DNA from: Bacteroidales bacterium
GTDB lineage: Bacteria; Bacteroidota; Bacteroidia; Bacteroidales; UBA12077
Direction: 5' to 3'
DNA length: 48,024 bases
Assembly: GCA_046545795.1 (NCBI GenBank)
Contig: JBKGZD010000002.1
Coordinates: 1-48,024, forward strand
A program made the position numbers and the translations under genes. The notes under the pieces were generated by a model. The model worked only from the letters and a program-made list of their open reading frames with translations, was not told where the DNA came from and searched no databases. Of the stretch, positions 25,117 through 35,805 are shown piece by piece. Every line of letters starts with the position of its first letter. The stretch's first letter is position 1.

Positions 25117-25962
25117 ATGGAAGTATTTGAAACTAAACAGTCAATTACAAATAGATTATCTGAATACAGAGAAGAAGGTAAATGCATAGGTTTTGTTCCT
25201 ACAATGGGGGCTTTGCATGATGGGCATATATCTTTAATTAGATGTAGCCGGGAAAATGATGATGTTACTGTGGTAAGTATTTTTGTAAACCCGACACAAT
25301 TTAACAATAAGGCTGATTATGAGAAATATCCACGTATAAAGGATGCTGATATAGCTCGTTTAAAGGGAGAAGGCTGCGATATTGTGTTTACCCCCCCGGA
25401 AAAAGAGATGTATCCGGAGAAAGATACAAGAGTTTTTGATTTTGGTGAATTAGATAAGGTTATGGAAGGCGCCTGTCGTCCGGGTCATTTTAATGGTGTT
25501 GCACAAATTGTAAGTAAACTTTTTGAAACAATTAAACCTGACAAAGCGTATTTTGGAGAAAAAGACTTTCAGCAACTTGTAATTATAAGGAAGTTGGTTG
25601 AAAAAATGAATATGGATGTGCAAATTATCTCATGTCCTATAATTAGGGAAGATAATGGTCTGGCAATGAGCTCCAGAAACGAACGTTTAACTGACGAAGA
25701 AAGAGAAAATGCTTCATTGATTTCTAAAATGTTGCACAAAGCGAAAGAGACTGCTAAAGAACACTCCGTGGATGAAATAAAGAAAATGGTTGTTGAGGAG
25801 CTAAACAAAAATCCATATATAGATGTTGAATATTTTGAGATTGTAAAAGAGGATAATCTTCAACCTGTTCATTCATGGGATGAAGATTATTATAAAAGGG
25901 CATGTATAGCAGCATGGGTAGGTGGTGTTAGGTTAATAGATAATGTAAAATTTTATTTTTAA
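25117..25962 (+). CDS. panC: Pantoate--beta-alanine ligase (pantothenate synthetase)
   Basis: 281-aa ORF with GFVPTMGALHDGHISL (HIGH-like motif), FVNPTQF and FGEKDFQQ motifs. Confidence 0.9.
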   Translation: MEVFETKQSITNRLSEYREEGKCIGFVPTMGALHDGHISLIRCSRENDDVTVVSIFVNPTQFNNKADYEKYPRIKDADIARLKGEGCDIVFTPPEKEMYPEKDTRVFDFGELDKVMEGACRPGHFNGVAQIVSKLFETIKPDKAYFGEKDFQQLVIIRKLVEKMNMDVQIISCPIIREDNGLAMSSRNERLTDEERENASLISKMLHKAKETAKEHSVDEIKKMVVEELNKNPYIDVEYFEIVKEDNLQPVHSWDEDYYKRACIAAWVGGVRLIDNVKFYF

Positions 25963-25989
25963 TTTTGCGACGAAATAATCTGGTAAGTT

Positions 25990-26340
25990 ATGAATATTGA
26001 AGTAGTTAAATCAAAAATACACAAAGTAACAGTTACTGAAGCCAACCTTCAGTATGTAGGTAGTATAACTATTGATGAAGATTTAATGGAGGAAGCTAAA
26101 ATTATTGAAAATGAAAAAGTTCAGGTCGTGAATATCAATAATGGTGAACGGCTTGAAACCTACGTCATAAAAGGGGAAAGAGGTTCTGGAGAGGTTTGCC
26201 TCAATGGGCCGGCAGCTAGAAAAGTGGCTGTGGGAGACGTTGTTATTATTATTTCGTATGCATCGCTGGAGTTTGAAGAGGCCAAAAAATTTAAGCCACA
26301 GATATTATTCCCTGATACATCAACTAATAAACTGGTATAA
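25990..26340 (+). CDS. panD: Aspartate 1-decarboxylase (pyruvoyl-dependent)
   Basis: 116-aa [26 protein letters not shown] contains the Gly-Ser self-cleavage site. [10 protein letters not shown] and NGPAAR motifs are also present. Confidence 0.9.
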   Translation: MNIEVVKSKIHKVTVTEANLQYVGSITIDEDLMEEAKIIENEKVQVVNINNGERLETYVIKGERGSGEVCLNGPAARKVAVGDVVIIISYASLEFEEAKKFKPQILFPDTSTNKLV

Positions 26341-26345
26341 ACGAA

Positions 26346-27359
26346 TTGAAAAGTTTTTTATTTAAAGCGGCAAGGTCTCTTTTTTTCTTAGCCATTGGCA
26401 TTGTATTGCTTATTTTTGCCTTCAGGGGAGTAAGTTTAGAAGATCTTACGGATAGTTTGAAAAGAGCAAATTTTTTTTGGGTAGGATTAACGCTGCTGTT
26501 TGCTTTTGTTGGTTACGTAAGTCGAGCTTACCGCTGGAAATTGCTTATTAAACCACTTAACTATGACCCTCCGCTAACAAATGTTTTTTATGCCTTAATG
26601 ATTGGATATACAGCAAATTTTGCTTTTCCTCGGGTAGGTGAAATTACACGATGTGGAACACTTAGGAAATCTGATAAGATACCACTTGATTCATTGTTAG
26701 GAACTGTTATTATTGAACGTGCGATTGACCTCCTTGTACTTATCTTTATTATCCTGGGAGTTTTCTTCGTAAAAATGGATTTCTTTGGGGCTTTCCTGAG
26801 TAATAACGTTTTTAAACCAACGATGAGAAAAATGATGGATGTTTTTCAGTTGTCTACTGTATGGAACTGGTTGGTTTTGATTTTTATTTTGGTGGCTATA
26901 TATCTCCTGCTTAAATTTTTGAATCGTCGTTTTTCATCCAACATTTTTCTAAAAAAACTAAAACAGATAATCAGAGGTGTAATAAGGGGAGTTAAGACCA
27001 TCGCAAGGATGAAAGACAGATGGAAATTTATTTTTCATACAATTATCATATGGATTATATATTTCCTGATGACTTATTTCCTTGTTTTTGCGTTTCAATC
27101 TACATCACACCTGCAGCCAATTGATGGTTTATTCCTTTTAGTTATTGGAGGAATAGGAATGTCTGCTCCTGTTCAGGGTGGAATTGGTGTGTTTCACTGG
27201 ATAAATACTTTGGGATTGACGGTTTTGTATGAAATCCCCAGGGCTGAAGCCGTTGCCTATGCTACGGTTTCACATGAATCCCAATCAATTCTTGCGATTT
27301 TATTAGGAGGGGTATCTTTTTTGTTACTTTCAATAAATAAGAAAAAAATAACGCGTTAA
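26346..27359 (+). CDS. Polytopic membrane protein, UPF0104 / lysylphosphatidylglycerol-synthase-TM-region family (flippase-like)
   Basis: 337-aa ORF with a TTG start 5 nt after the panD stop. It has about 8 hydrophobic helices. The YRWKLLI and PRVGEITRC pattern is reminiscent of the LPG_synthase_TM family. Confidence 0.55.
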   Translation: MKSFLFKAARSLFFLAIGIVLLIFAFRGVSLEDLTDSLKRANFFWVGLTLLFAFVGYVSRAYRWKLLIKPLNYDPPLTNVFYALMIGYTANFAFPRVGEITRCGTLRKSDKIPLDSLLGTVIIERAIDLLVLIFIILGVFFVKMDFFGAFLSNNVFKPTMRKMMDVFQLSTVWNWLVLIFILVAIYLLLKFLNRRFSSNIFLKKLKQIIRGVIRGVKTIARMKDRWKFIFHTIIIWIIYFLMTYFLVFAFQSTSHLQPIDGLFLLVIGGIGMSAPVQGGIGVFHWINTLGLTVLYEIPRAEAVAYATVSHESQSILAILLGGVSFLLLSINKKKITR

Positions 27360-27372
27360 AATAAAATTGCCT

Positions 27373-27864
27373 ATGGATTATCTTGAGCTGATACAATCAA
27401 AGATTGTAGAAAAGGATGATTTATCGCCTCTTTTGACTTACTGGAAGTTTAAGAACTATAAAATTGTCTTCACGAACGGGTGTTTTGATTTGCTACACAG
27501 GGGTCATATTGAATATCTTGCGCAAGCTGCAGGTTTTGGTGACGTTTTAATTGTTGGTGTTAATACAGATAAGTCTGTTAATTTGCTAAAAGGTAAAGAT
27601 AGACCTGTGCAGGAAGAAGAGTCCAGAAAACTGATTCTTGCTTCTTTGAGATTTGTTACAACTGTTGTCCCTTTTGACAAGGAAACTCCTTTTGAGCTTA
27701 TAAAATTTATAAAACCAGATGTTTTAGTTAAAGGAGCTGATTATAAAGAAAGTGAAATTGTTGGTGCTGATATAGTTAAAAAACATGGGGGTAAGGTAAT
27801 GCCGGTTGAATTAACCCCCGGATATTCTACATCAGATATTATAGGAAAGATTAAAAAAACATAG
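27373..27864 (+). CDS. Cytidylyltransferase-fold nucleotidyltransferase, RfaE domain II-like (D-glycero-beta-D-manno-heptose 1-phosphate adenylyltransferase)
   Basis: It has FTNGCFDLLHRGHIEYL (HxGH motif), GVNTDKSV and PDVLVKGADY. Start is taken at the ATG at 27373 rather than the TTG at 27367. Confidence 0.7.
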   Translation: MDYLELIQSKIVEKDDLSPLLTYWKFKNYKIVFTNGCFDLLHRGHIEYLAQAAGFGDVLIVGVNTDKSVNLLKGKDRPVQEEESRKLILASLRFVTTVVPFDKETPFELIKFIKPDVLVKGADYKESEIVGADIVKKHGGKVMPVELTPGYSTSDIIGKIKKT

Positions 27865-27869
27865 GATTT

Positions 27870-29231
27870 ATGGCTAAAAAAGCTAAAACAATCTATTTAT
27901 GTACTAATTGTGGGGCAGAATCGCCTAAGTGGGTTGGGAAATGTCCTTACTGCGGCGAATGGAATACTTACAAGGAGCAAAAAATTTCAAAAGGCACAGC
28001 AGAGTCAAAATATTCGGAAGATTCCCCTCAAAAAATACAGAAGCTCACAGAGATATCTATTGAAAAGGAAAAGAGGTTATCTACTCAATATTCTGAAGTA
28101 GACAGAGTCCTTGGAGGTGGTATTGTGTATGGGTCATTGATTCTGGTGGGCGGTGAACCGGGAATTGGAAAATCAACCCTTGCACTTCAGATAGCACTGC
28201 AATCTAAAGAAACAAGGACATTGTATGTCTCAGGAGAGGAAAGCCCAAGGCAAATAAAACTGCGTGCCGGCAGGCTGGGAGAAGAGCATGAAAATATATA
28301 TCTCCTTAATGAAACAGAGCTTGATAATGTTCTTAATCAATGTTCTGAATTTAAACCTGATGTATTGATAATTGATTCTATTCAAACTTTATTTTCTCAA
28401 AATATTGATTCTACTGCCGGGAGTGTAACCCAGGTAAGAGAATGCGCAGCACAACTACTCAAATTTGCTAAAAGAAGCAATACACCGGTATTATTAATAG
28501 GTCATATCAATAAAGACGGGAATATCGCAGGTCCTAAAGTCCTTGAACATATCGTGGATGTTGTTTTACAATTTGAAGGAGATTCTAATTACGATTACCG
28601 CGTTTTAAGGTCACTGAAAAACAGATTCGGTTCTACCTCTGAAATTGGTATTTTTGAGATGCATAACGATGGATTAAATGAGGTGCATAATCCCTCAAAA
28701 CTTTTGATTAATTTGCGGCAGAATGGTCTGAGCGGAGTGTCAATTGCGGCTACATTGGATGGCATGAGACCATTTATGGTTGAAATTCAATCGCTTGTAA
28801 GTCCTTCCGTGTATGGGAACCCACAACGTTCTGCTACGGGGTTTGACATAAGAAGACTTTCAATGCTTTTAGCTGTGCTGGAAAAAAGATCCGGGCTTAA
28901 TATTTATAATAAAGATGTTTTCCTCAATATAGCAGGTGGAATAAAAGTAGTAGATCCGGCGGTTGACCTTTCTATTCTCACCTCATTGTTATCTTCAGTA
29001 TTAGATAAACCCGTCCCGGAAAATGTTTGTTTTGCAGGGGAAGTAGGACTGTCAGGCGAAATACGTGCTGTTAACCAGGTTGAAAATCGTTTGAGTGAGG
29101 CTGAAAAAATTGGCTTTAAGAATATTTATATTTCTGGCCATCATAAGATTAATCCGGATAATTATAACAACATCAAAATTTATAAGGTCTATAACGTGGG
29201 CGATTTACTGAGACATTTATTTAGAAGATAA
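27870..29231 (+). CDS. radA: DNA repair protein RadA/Sms
   Basis: 453-aa ORF. It has the N-terminal Zn finger CTNCGAESPKWVGKCPYCGEW, Walker A GGEPGIGKST, the KNRFG motif and a Lon-protease-like C-terminal domain. Confidence 0.9.
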   Translation: MAKKAKTIYLCTNCGAESPKWVGKCPYCGEWNTYKEQKISKGTAESKYSEDSPQKIQKLTEISIEKEKRLSTQYSEVDRVLGGGIVYGSLILVGGEPGIGKSTLALQIALQSKETRTLYVSGEESPRQIKLRAGRLGEEHENIYLLNETELDNVLNQCSEFKPDVLIIDSIQTLFSQNIDSTAGSVTQVRECAAQLLKFAKRSNTPVLLIGHINKDGNIAGPKVLEHIVDVVLQFEGDSNYDYRVLRSLKNRFGSTSEIGIFEMHNDGLNEVHNPSKLLINLRQNGLSGVSIAATLDGMRPFMVEIQSLVSPSVYGNPQRSATGFDIRRLSMLLAVLEKRSGLNIYNKDVFLNIAGGIKVVDPAVDLSILTSLLSSVLDKPVPENVCFAGEVGLSGEIRAVNQVENRLSEAEKIGFKNIYISGHHKINPDNYNNIKIYKVYNVGDLLRHLFRR

Positions 29232-30940
29232 TGAATGATCTATTATTATCAATACAAGATTTATCGGTAGCCTTTAAAAATAATGGTAAGCTCTTTAAAG
29301 CTGTAAACCATGTTTCTCTTGATTTGAAAAAAGGTGATTCCTTGGGTATTGTGGGTGAATCAGGTTCTGGTAAAACATTAACAGCTCTTTCTGTTCTTAA
29401 ATTATTGCCCCCTGCCGCAAATCTGTTAGAAGGGAAAATTCATTTTCTTCAGAGGGAAGGCAGTTTGATTGATATAATTCAACAATCCGACAAAATTCTG
29501 AGGAAAATACGGGGAAATAATATTTCTATTATTTTCCAGGAACCCATGAATTCTCTGAATCCTGTTCATAAATGCGGAGAACAGGTTATTGAAAACATTC
29601 TTGAGCACCAATCTCTTAAAAAGCATGAGGCTAAAGCACTCACGCTCGAACTTTTTACTGAGGTAAAATTGCCTTCGCCTGAGAGAATATTTAATAGCTT
29701 TCCTTATGAACTTTCTGGGGGGCAGCGGCAACGTGTGATGATTGCGATGGCTTTGTCAAACAATCCTGATTTGCTCATTGCTGATGAGCCTACAACAGCA
29801 CTCGATGTTACAGTTCAAAAATCTATCCTGACTCTTCTGAATCAATTAAAAGATAAATATGGGATGAGTCTGATTTTTATATCTCATGATTTGGGTGTAG
29901 TTTCTGAAGTAGCTGATCACATTGCTGTAATGCATAATGGGAAAATTATTGAGAAAAATGAAGCCGCTGAGATTTTCCAAGATCCTCAGCATGATTATAC
30001 AAAAGGATTATTAGCGTGCAGACCATCTATTGATAAAAAAATCAACCGGTTGCTTACGCTCAACGATTTTATTGAAAGCGCTGGAGGAAGGAAAGAAGAT
30101 ATCAGAAAAATAAAAGATAAGGGAGGAACAGAACAAAGAAATAGCAATCCACTTGTGCAGTTGAGAGAAGTTTCTAAATATTATCCGCTGAAAAGAAATT
30201 TTTTTGGTAAGATTAGTGAGTCGTTTCAAGCGCTAAAAGATATTAATCTTCAGATTTCAGAAGGTGAGGTGCTGGGTATTGTGGGTGAGTCCGGAAGTGG
30301 AAAGTCGACACTGGGAAGGGTTCTTCTTGGTCTTTTACCTAAAGAAAAAGGACAAATTGTATATAAGGGCAAAAACATGGATACCTTTGGTAAACAAGAT
30401 TTTGCTGAGTTCAGAAAAAAAGCACAGATAATTTTCCAGGACCCATATAGCTCACTCAATCCCAGGCAATCTGTTGGAAAGATAATTTCAGAGCCTCTTG
30501 AGTTTTATCGTTATTATTCAACCAAGAAAGAATGTAAGAAACGTACATTGGAGCTATTAGAGAATGTTAAACTCGGAGAAGATTATTACAATCGTTATCC
30601 GCATGAACTGTCCGGTGGCCAGAGACAGCGTGTAGCTATTGCACGGGTTTTAGGGGTAAAGCCTGAATTGATTATTTGTGATGAGGTAGTAAGCGCTTTG
30701 GATGTTTCTGTACAAGCAGAAATTTTAAATTTATTAAAGGAGTTGAAGGAGCGTTATAATTTGTCTTATCTTTTTATTTCCCATGATTTTGCAGTAATAC
30801 GCTTTATGTCAGATAATATTGCAGTTATGAAAGATGGTATAATAATAGAGAACGGGAGCGCTGATCAAATTTTTCATACTCCCGTTAAGCATTATACAAA
30901 GTCTCTTTTAAATTCGATTCCCTTTTCTGGTTTTAGTTAA
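29231..30940 (+). CDS. ABC transporter ATP-binding protein with duplicated NBDs (Dpp/Opp/YejF-type)
   Basis: 569-aa ORF. Each half carries Walker A ([16 protein letters not shown]), the signature LSGGQRQR and Walker B ([16 protein letters not shown]). No permease gene is adjacent. The start overlaps the radA stop by 1 nt. Confidence 0.85.
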   Translation: MNDLLLSIQDLSVAFKNNGKLFKAVNHVSLDLKKGDSLGIVGESGSGKTLTALSVLKLLPPAANLLEGKIHFLQREGSLIDIIQQSDKILRKIRGNNISIIFQEPMNSLNPVHKCGEQVIENILEHQSLKKHEAKALTLELFTEVKLPSPERIFNSFPYELSGGQRQRVMIAMALSNNPDLLIADEPTTALDVTVQKSILTLLNQLKDKYGMSLIFISHDLGVVSEVADHIAVMHNGKIIEKNEAAEIFQDPQHDYTKGLLACRPSIDKKINRLLTLNDFIESAGGRKEDIRKIKDKGGTEQRNSNPLVQLREVSKYYPLKRNFFGKISESFQALKDINLQISEGEVLGIVGESGSGKSTLGRVLLGLLPKEKGQIVYKGKNMDTFGKQDFAEFRKKAQIIFQDPYSSLNPRQSVGKIISEPLEFYRYYSTKKECKKRTLELLENVKLGEDYYNRYPHELSGGQRQRVAIARVLGVKPELIICDEVVSALDVSVQAEILNLLKELKERYNLSYLFISHDFAVIRFMSDNIAVMKDGIIIENGSADQIFHTPVKHYTKSLLNSIPFSGFS

Positions 30941-33315
30941 AAGAAATCATCATCTTCTTCTCTCTTGAGATCACTATCGTCTTCAATATCTTGGCAGTCT
31001 AATTCAAAGTTAAATCCTTCAGGTTTTTCAAACTTATCTTCTGGTGAAACCAAACTGTCTAGTTTTTCATCTTCATAAATTTTTTCCATATAAAGTGCCC
31101 AGATTGGTAATGCCATATTTGCTCCCTGTCCAAGTTTGATATTATCAAAATGTATGCTTCGGTGTTCGCCTCCAACCCATGCACCAGAAACTAAATTAGG
31201 CGTTACACCAATAAACCAGCCATCTGATTGATTTTGAGTTGTCCCTGTTTTTCCTGCAATCTTGCTTTCAAAGTCATATTTTGAACGCAATCTTCTGCCT
31301 GTTCCGTTATCAACTACACTTTCTAAAAGATTGATCATTAAATATGCTGTTTGTTCACCTATAGCTTCTCTTTTTTCTGGTTTGAATGAGGATATAACGT
31401 TACCATTTTTATCTTCTATTTTTGTAATGAACTGTGGCTTGATATACACCCCTTTATTTGCATATGTACTATATGCCCCAACCATTTCGTAAAGTGAAAT
31501 TTCTGCTGTTCCAAGAAAGATAGAAGGTACAGGATCAATATCGCTCTCTATCCCCATTTTTTGCATGACATCAATTACAGAACCAGGGTTGAATTGTTTT
31601 ATAAGCCAAGCGGAAATCCAGTTGACAGAATTGGTTAATCCCCATTTGAGGGTTACCATTTTACCATCTTTATCTGAAGGGCCGCTGTTTTTAGGTGTCC
31701 ATGTACTATCTTCTATCTGGAAAGTATTTGGCACATTCGCTACCTTATGGCATGGAGGATAACCTTCTTGCATGGCTAATGTATACAAAAAAGGCTTGAT
31801 TGTCGACCCTACCTGTCTCTTGCTTTGGATAACATGATCATATTTAAAATATTTGTAATTTGGGCCTCCAATATAAGCCTTGACATGACCATTGACTGGA
31901 TTCATCGACATAAAACCCGGACGTAAAAAATGTTTATAATAAAGTATAGAATCTAAGGGCGACATAACTGTATCTTTCATACCATCCCATGAAAAAACCT
32001 GCATTTTTACTGGTTTATTGAAAATGGCACGTATAGAGTCTTCATTGACACCTTTATTTGATAACCTGTAATATCTGTCTGTACCCTTTACTACTCTGTT
32101 AATAATTTTTTCCCTCTCAGATTTTGAAAGATCTTCAGAAAAGGGAGCATAAGATCTGCCTTTTTTTTCTTCGAAAAAGTCCTTCTGAAGATCTTTTCCC
32201 AGGTGCTCTTTAACTGCTTCTTCAGCATGTTCCTGCATTCTGGAATTAATGGTAGTATGTATTTTCAAACCATCTTCATAAAGATCATAAGGTTCTCCAT
32301 TTGGCTTTTGATTTTTATTGCACCAACCATATAATGGGTTATTGGCCCATTCAATGGAGTCTCTCCAATATGATTGATACGTGAGGTACTGAAATCTTTG
32401 GGGTTTGTTTTTTGTAAGCAATATCCTTATTTGTTCCCTGAAATAAGTTGCAATTCCTTTGGTATGATTTTCCAGATTCAGATCTAGTTCTATAGGCAGT
32501 ATACTTAGTGAGTCAAATTGATGATCGGTGATAAAGTCATATTTGTTCATTTGTCCCAGAACAATATTCCTTCTTTGCTTTGACCGTTCCGGGTGAAGTA
32601 GAGGGCTGTACTTGGTTGGAGCCTTAAGAAGACCTATTAGTGTAGCTGCCTCTTCAATTTTCAATGAGTCAGGTTCCGTGTTAAAAAATGTTTGAGCTGC
32701 TGATTTAATACCATAGGATTGTGCACCAAAAGGTACAGTATTCAGGTACATTGCTATGATTTCTTTCTTTGTATAATTTTTTTCTAATTTAATAGCTGTT
32801 ACCCATTCCTTAAATTTATTGATAGCCAAATTTGTATAATAAGCAATTCTTGACTTATAAATTCCTTGATCACGAGGGAAAAGATTCTTTGCTAATTGCT
32901 GAGTGACTGTACTCCCCCCTCCTGAACTTTGACCTAAAAGCAATGTCTTAAAAGTTACTCGCATCAGCCCGCGTGGATCAACTCCCGAATGTTTATGAAA
33001 GCGAATATCTTCTGTTGCTATTAAAGCGGTTACTATCTCTGGAGAAATTTCTTTAAAATCTACATAAGTTCTGTTTTGCTGGAAATATTTCCCCAAAGTT
33101 TTATCATCTTCAGAAATCAAATGTGATGCCAGGCTATTGTCAGGATTTTCCAGTTCTTCAAAGGAAGGCATTGGTCCGAAAACTTCAGCTCCTATAAGAG
33201 AGAAAATGATAAGCAAACAACATATTGGAAGAACAATGATTAACCAGAACAACCGGATATAAAAATTTTTGGTGAATTTCGATTTATCCTTCATAATTTC
33301 TTGCTTTTCGGTCAA
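30937..33315 (-). CDS. mrcA: Class A penicillin-binding protein (PBP1A; glycosyltransferase plus transpeptidase)
   Basis: 792-aa ORF with an N-terminal TM anchor. GT51 motifs are EDIRFHKHSGVD and GGSTVTQQLAKN. Transpeptidase motifs are STIKP (SxxK), SVN (SxN) and KTGTT (KTG). Confidence 0.9.
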   Translation of the reverse strand: MTEKQEIMKDKSKFTKNFYIRLFWLIIVLPICCLLIIFSLIGAEVFGPMPSFEELENPDNSLASHLISEDDKTLGKYFQQNRTYVDFKEISPEIVTALIATEDIRFHKHSGVDPRGLMRVTFKTLLLGQSSGGGSTVTQQLAKNLFPRDQGIYKSRIAYYTNLAINKFKEWVTAIKLEKNYTKKEIIAMYLNTVPFGAQSYGIKSAAQTFFNTEPDSLKIEEAATLIGLLKAPTKYSPLLHPERSKQRRNIVLGQMNKYDFITDHQFDSLSILPIELDLNLENHTKGIATYFREQIRILLTKNKPQRFQYLTYQSYWRDSIEWANNPLYGWCNKNQKPNGEPYDLYEDGLKIHTTINSRMQEHAEEAVKEHLGKDLQKDFFEEKKGRSYAPFSEDLSKSEREKIINRVVKGTDRYYRLSNKGVNEDSIRAIFNKPVKMQVFSWDGMKDTVMSPLDSILYYKHFLRPGFMSMNPVNGHVKAYIGGPNYKYFKYDHVIQSKRQVGSTIKPFLYTLAMQEGYPPCHKVANVPNTFQIEDSTWTPKNSGPSDKDGKMVTLKWGLTNSVNWISAWLIKQFNPGSVIDVMQKMGIESDIDPVPSIFLGTAEISLYEMVGAYSTYANKGVYIKPQFITKIEDKNGNVISSFKPEKREAIGEQTAYLMINLLESVVDNGTGRRLRSKYDFESKIAGKTGTTQNQSDGWFIGVTPNLVSGAWVGGEHRSIHFDNIKLGQGANMALPIWALYMEKIYEDEKLDSLVSPEDKFEKPEGFNFELDCQDIEDDSDLKREEDDDFF

Positions 33316-33406
33316 ATTAAAGAATTAATGTGATTTAATTTATTTTGGTTTTTCAAAAGTATTAACTTTGCCCTTTTTATTTTATTATATAAATCCCATA
33401 ATTTCT

Positions 33407-35782
33407 ATGGAAGATAATTTAGTTATAGTAGAGTCACCTGCAAAAGCCAAAACTATAAAAAAATTTTTAGGTAAAAATTTTTTAGTTAAATCAAGTTATG
33501 GTCATATCAGAGACCTTGAAAAAAAGAACTTTGGAATAGATATAGACAATAATTATCAACCCAGATACACTATTCCAGAAAATAAAAAAGAGATTGTAAA
33601 AGAGCTTAAAGATTTAGCAAAAAAGGCAAATGTTGTATGGTTAGCTACTGATGAAGACCGTGAAGGGGAGGCCATAGCATGGCATCTATACCAGGTATTG
33701 GAATTATCGCCTGAAAAGACCAAGCGAATTGTTTTTCACGAAATAACAAAAGGAGCAATTCAGGAAGCAATTAAAAATCCCAGGGAAATTGATGTTAATC
33801 TTGTTAATGCTCAAACTGCAAGAAGAATTTTAGACCGTCTAGTGGGGTTTGAACTATCGCCGGTATTGTGGAAAAAAGTAAAACCTTCACTATCCGCAGG
33901 GAGGGTTCAATCTGCAGCAGTGAGGTTAATCGTGGAACGGGAAAGAGAAATTTTAAATTTCAAATCCACCTCCTCATATAAAGTTACAGGAACATTTGTT
34001 TCCGGGAAGGAACAATTTCGCGCTGATTTGAACCAAAAACTAAAAGAAGAAAAAGAAGCAAAGGAGTTCCTGGAAAAGTGTAAATCCGCCGCTTTTCAAG
34101 TGGATAGTGTGACCAAAAAGCCAGCTAAAAAACATCCATCTGCTCCTTTTATTACTTCAACCTTGCAACAGGAAGCAAGTAGAAAATTAGGTTTTTCCGT
34201 GGCCCGTACCATGAGAGTTGCACAAAAATTGTATGAGGCGGGAAAAATTACTTATATGAGAACTGATTCAGTTAATCTTTCTAATTCTGCTATAAGTTCT
34301 GCTAGTGAGGTGATTGAAAAATCTTTTGGGAAGAAATACGTTAAAACAAGGAAGTATCAAACGAAAGCAAAAGGAGCCCAGGAAGCTCACGAAGCAATAC
34401 GACCAACTTATATACAAAATCGAGAGATTGGAGGAACTGAACCAGAAAAGAAATTGTATGAGTTAATCTGGAAACGTACAGTAGCTTCTCAAATGAGTGA
34501 TGCAGAACTCGAAAAAACTAATGTTAAAATTACCATTTCCAATGATGATAAGTATTTTAACGCCAGTGGAGAAGTAATAAAGTTTGATGGATTTTTAAAG
34601 TTATATATAGAGTCTACTGATGAGGAAAATGAAAAAGAAGAAACTGGCTTACTGCCTGAATTGAGAGAAGGTGATAAGTTGTCTTATAAAGAAATTAGAG
34701 CTATTCAGAAATTTTCCAATCACCCCCCAAGATACACTGAAGCAAGCCTGGTAAGAAAGATGGAAGAACTGGGAATAGGAAGACCTTCCACATATGCGCC
34801 TACAATATCAACCATTCAGGAAAGAGGGTATGTAGTTCGGGAAGATAGACCTGGAACATCCCGGAAGTATAAAGAGATTGTCCTTACTGAAAATGTGGGA
34901 GTGAATAATAAAACTGAAAATGCGGGAGCAGAAAAAAAGAAACTATTTCCTAATGATATTGGGATGGTGGTTAACGATTTTCTTAACAAACATTTTCCGG
35001 AAATAGTAAATTATAATTTTACCGCTGATGTTGAACAGGATTTCGATAAAATTGCTCAAGGATATATAGAATGGTCAAAAATGATTGATGATTTCTATAA
35101 AAAATTCCATCAAAAAGTTGAAAAAACACTTGAAGTTGCAGAAAGAAGCAGTGGGGAACGTATATTGGGCAAAGATCCAAAATCAGGCAGGCAGGTTGCG
35201 GTAAAAATAGGACCTTATGGACCTATGGTTCAGCTTGGGACAAGAGAAGAGGAAGAAAAACCTAAATTTGCCAGTTTGCAGAAAGGACAGCATATCGAAA
35301 CTATAACTCTTGATGAAGCCTTAAAAATGTTTGATCTACCCAGAAATTTGGGTAAATTTGAAGGGGAGGATGTTACAGTAGCCATTGGACGATTTGGCCC
35401 CTATGTTAAACATAAAGGAAAATATGCCTCTTTAAAGAAGGATGTGGATGATCCTTTTACAATAACTCTCGACCGGGCAATAGAACTTATTGAAGAGAAA
35501 AGAGAGCGCGATAAGAAGAAGATTATTAAAGGTTTTGAAGATGATAAGGATTTATTGATTCAGAGAGGTCGTTTTGGTCCTTATATTACTTACAAATCAA
35601 ATAATTATAGGATACCTAAAGATAAAGAACCGGAAAAATTGTCACTTAAAGACTGCTACGGTATTATTGAAGCAAAAGACAAGAAACAAAGCAACAAAAA
35701 ATCCAAAAGTAAAACCAAAACAACAAAACCGAAAACAAGAAAAACAACAAAAAAGTCCAATAATAAGAACAAAAAGAAATAA
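33407..35782 (+). CDS. topA: DNA topoisomerase I (type IA)
   Basis: Start is taken at the ATG at 33407 (MEDNLVIVESPAKAKTI, Toprim). DEDREGE is present and the active-site Tyr lies in ITYMRTDS. C-terminal GRFGPY-type repeats replace Zn fingers, and there is a Lys-rich tail. Confidence 0.9.
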   Translation: MEDNLVIVESPAKAKTIKKFLGKNFLVKSSYGHIRDLEKKNFGIDIDNNYQPRYTIPENKKEIVKELKDLAKKANVVWLATDEDREGEAIAWHLYQVLELSPEKTKRIVFHEITKGAIQEAIKNPREIDVNLVNAQTARRILDRLVGFELSPVLWKKVKPSLSAGRVQSAAVRLIVEREREILNFKSTSSYKVTGTFVSGKEQFRADLNQKLKEEKEAKEFLEKCKSAAFQVDSVTKKPAKKHPSAPFITSTLQQEASRKLGFSVARTMRVAQKLYEAGKITYMRTDSVNLSNSAISSASEVIEKSFGKKYVKTRKYQTKAKGAQEAHEAIRPTYIQNREIGGTEPEKKLYELIWKRTVASQMSDAELEKTNVKITISNDDKYFNASGEVIKFDGFLKLYIESTDEENEKEETGLLPELREGDKLSYKEIRAIQKFSNHPPRYTEASLVRKMEELGIGRPSTYAPTISTIQERGYVVREDRPGTSRKYKEIVLTENVGVNNKTENAGAEKKKLFPNDIGMVVNDFLNKHFPEIVNYNFTADVEQDFDKIAQGYIEWSKMIDDFYKKFHQKVEKTLEVAERSSGERILGKDPKSGRQVAVKIGPYGPMVQLGTREEEEKPKFASLQKGQHIETITLDEALKMFDLPRNLGKFEGEDVTVAIGRFGPYVKHKGKYASLKKDVDDPFTITLDRAIELIEEKRERDKKKIIKGFEDDKDLLIQRGRFGPYITYKSNNYRIPKDKEPEKLSLKDCYGIIEAKDKKQSNKKSKSKTKTTKPKTRKTTKKSNNKNKKK

Positions 35783-35805
35783 CCAGGGATGCTAACATTT
35801 AATTC

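Noticed and set aside
30937-30940. Convergent ABC-ATPase and PBP1A genes share overlapping stop codons (TTAA) with no terminator between them.
   Set aside because: The overlap is real but is a common consequence of genome compaction, with no evidence of regulatory significance.
35574-35795. 73-aa Lys/Gln/Asn-rich + strand ORF.
   Set aside because: It is an alternative frame of the Lys-rich C-terminal tail of topA, a compositional artefact of the A-rich sequence.
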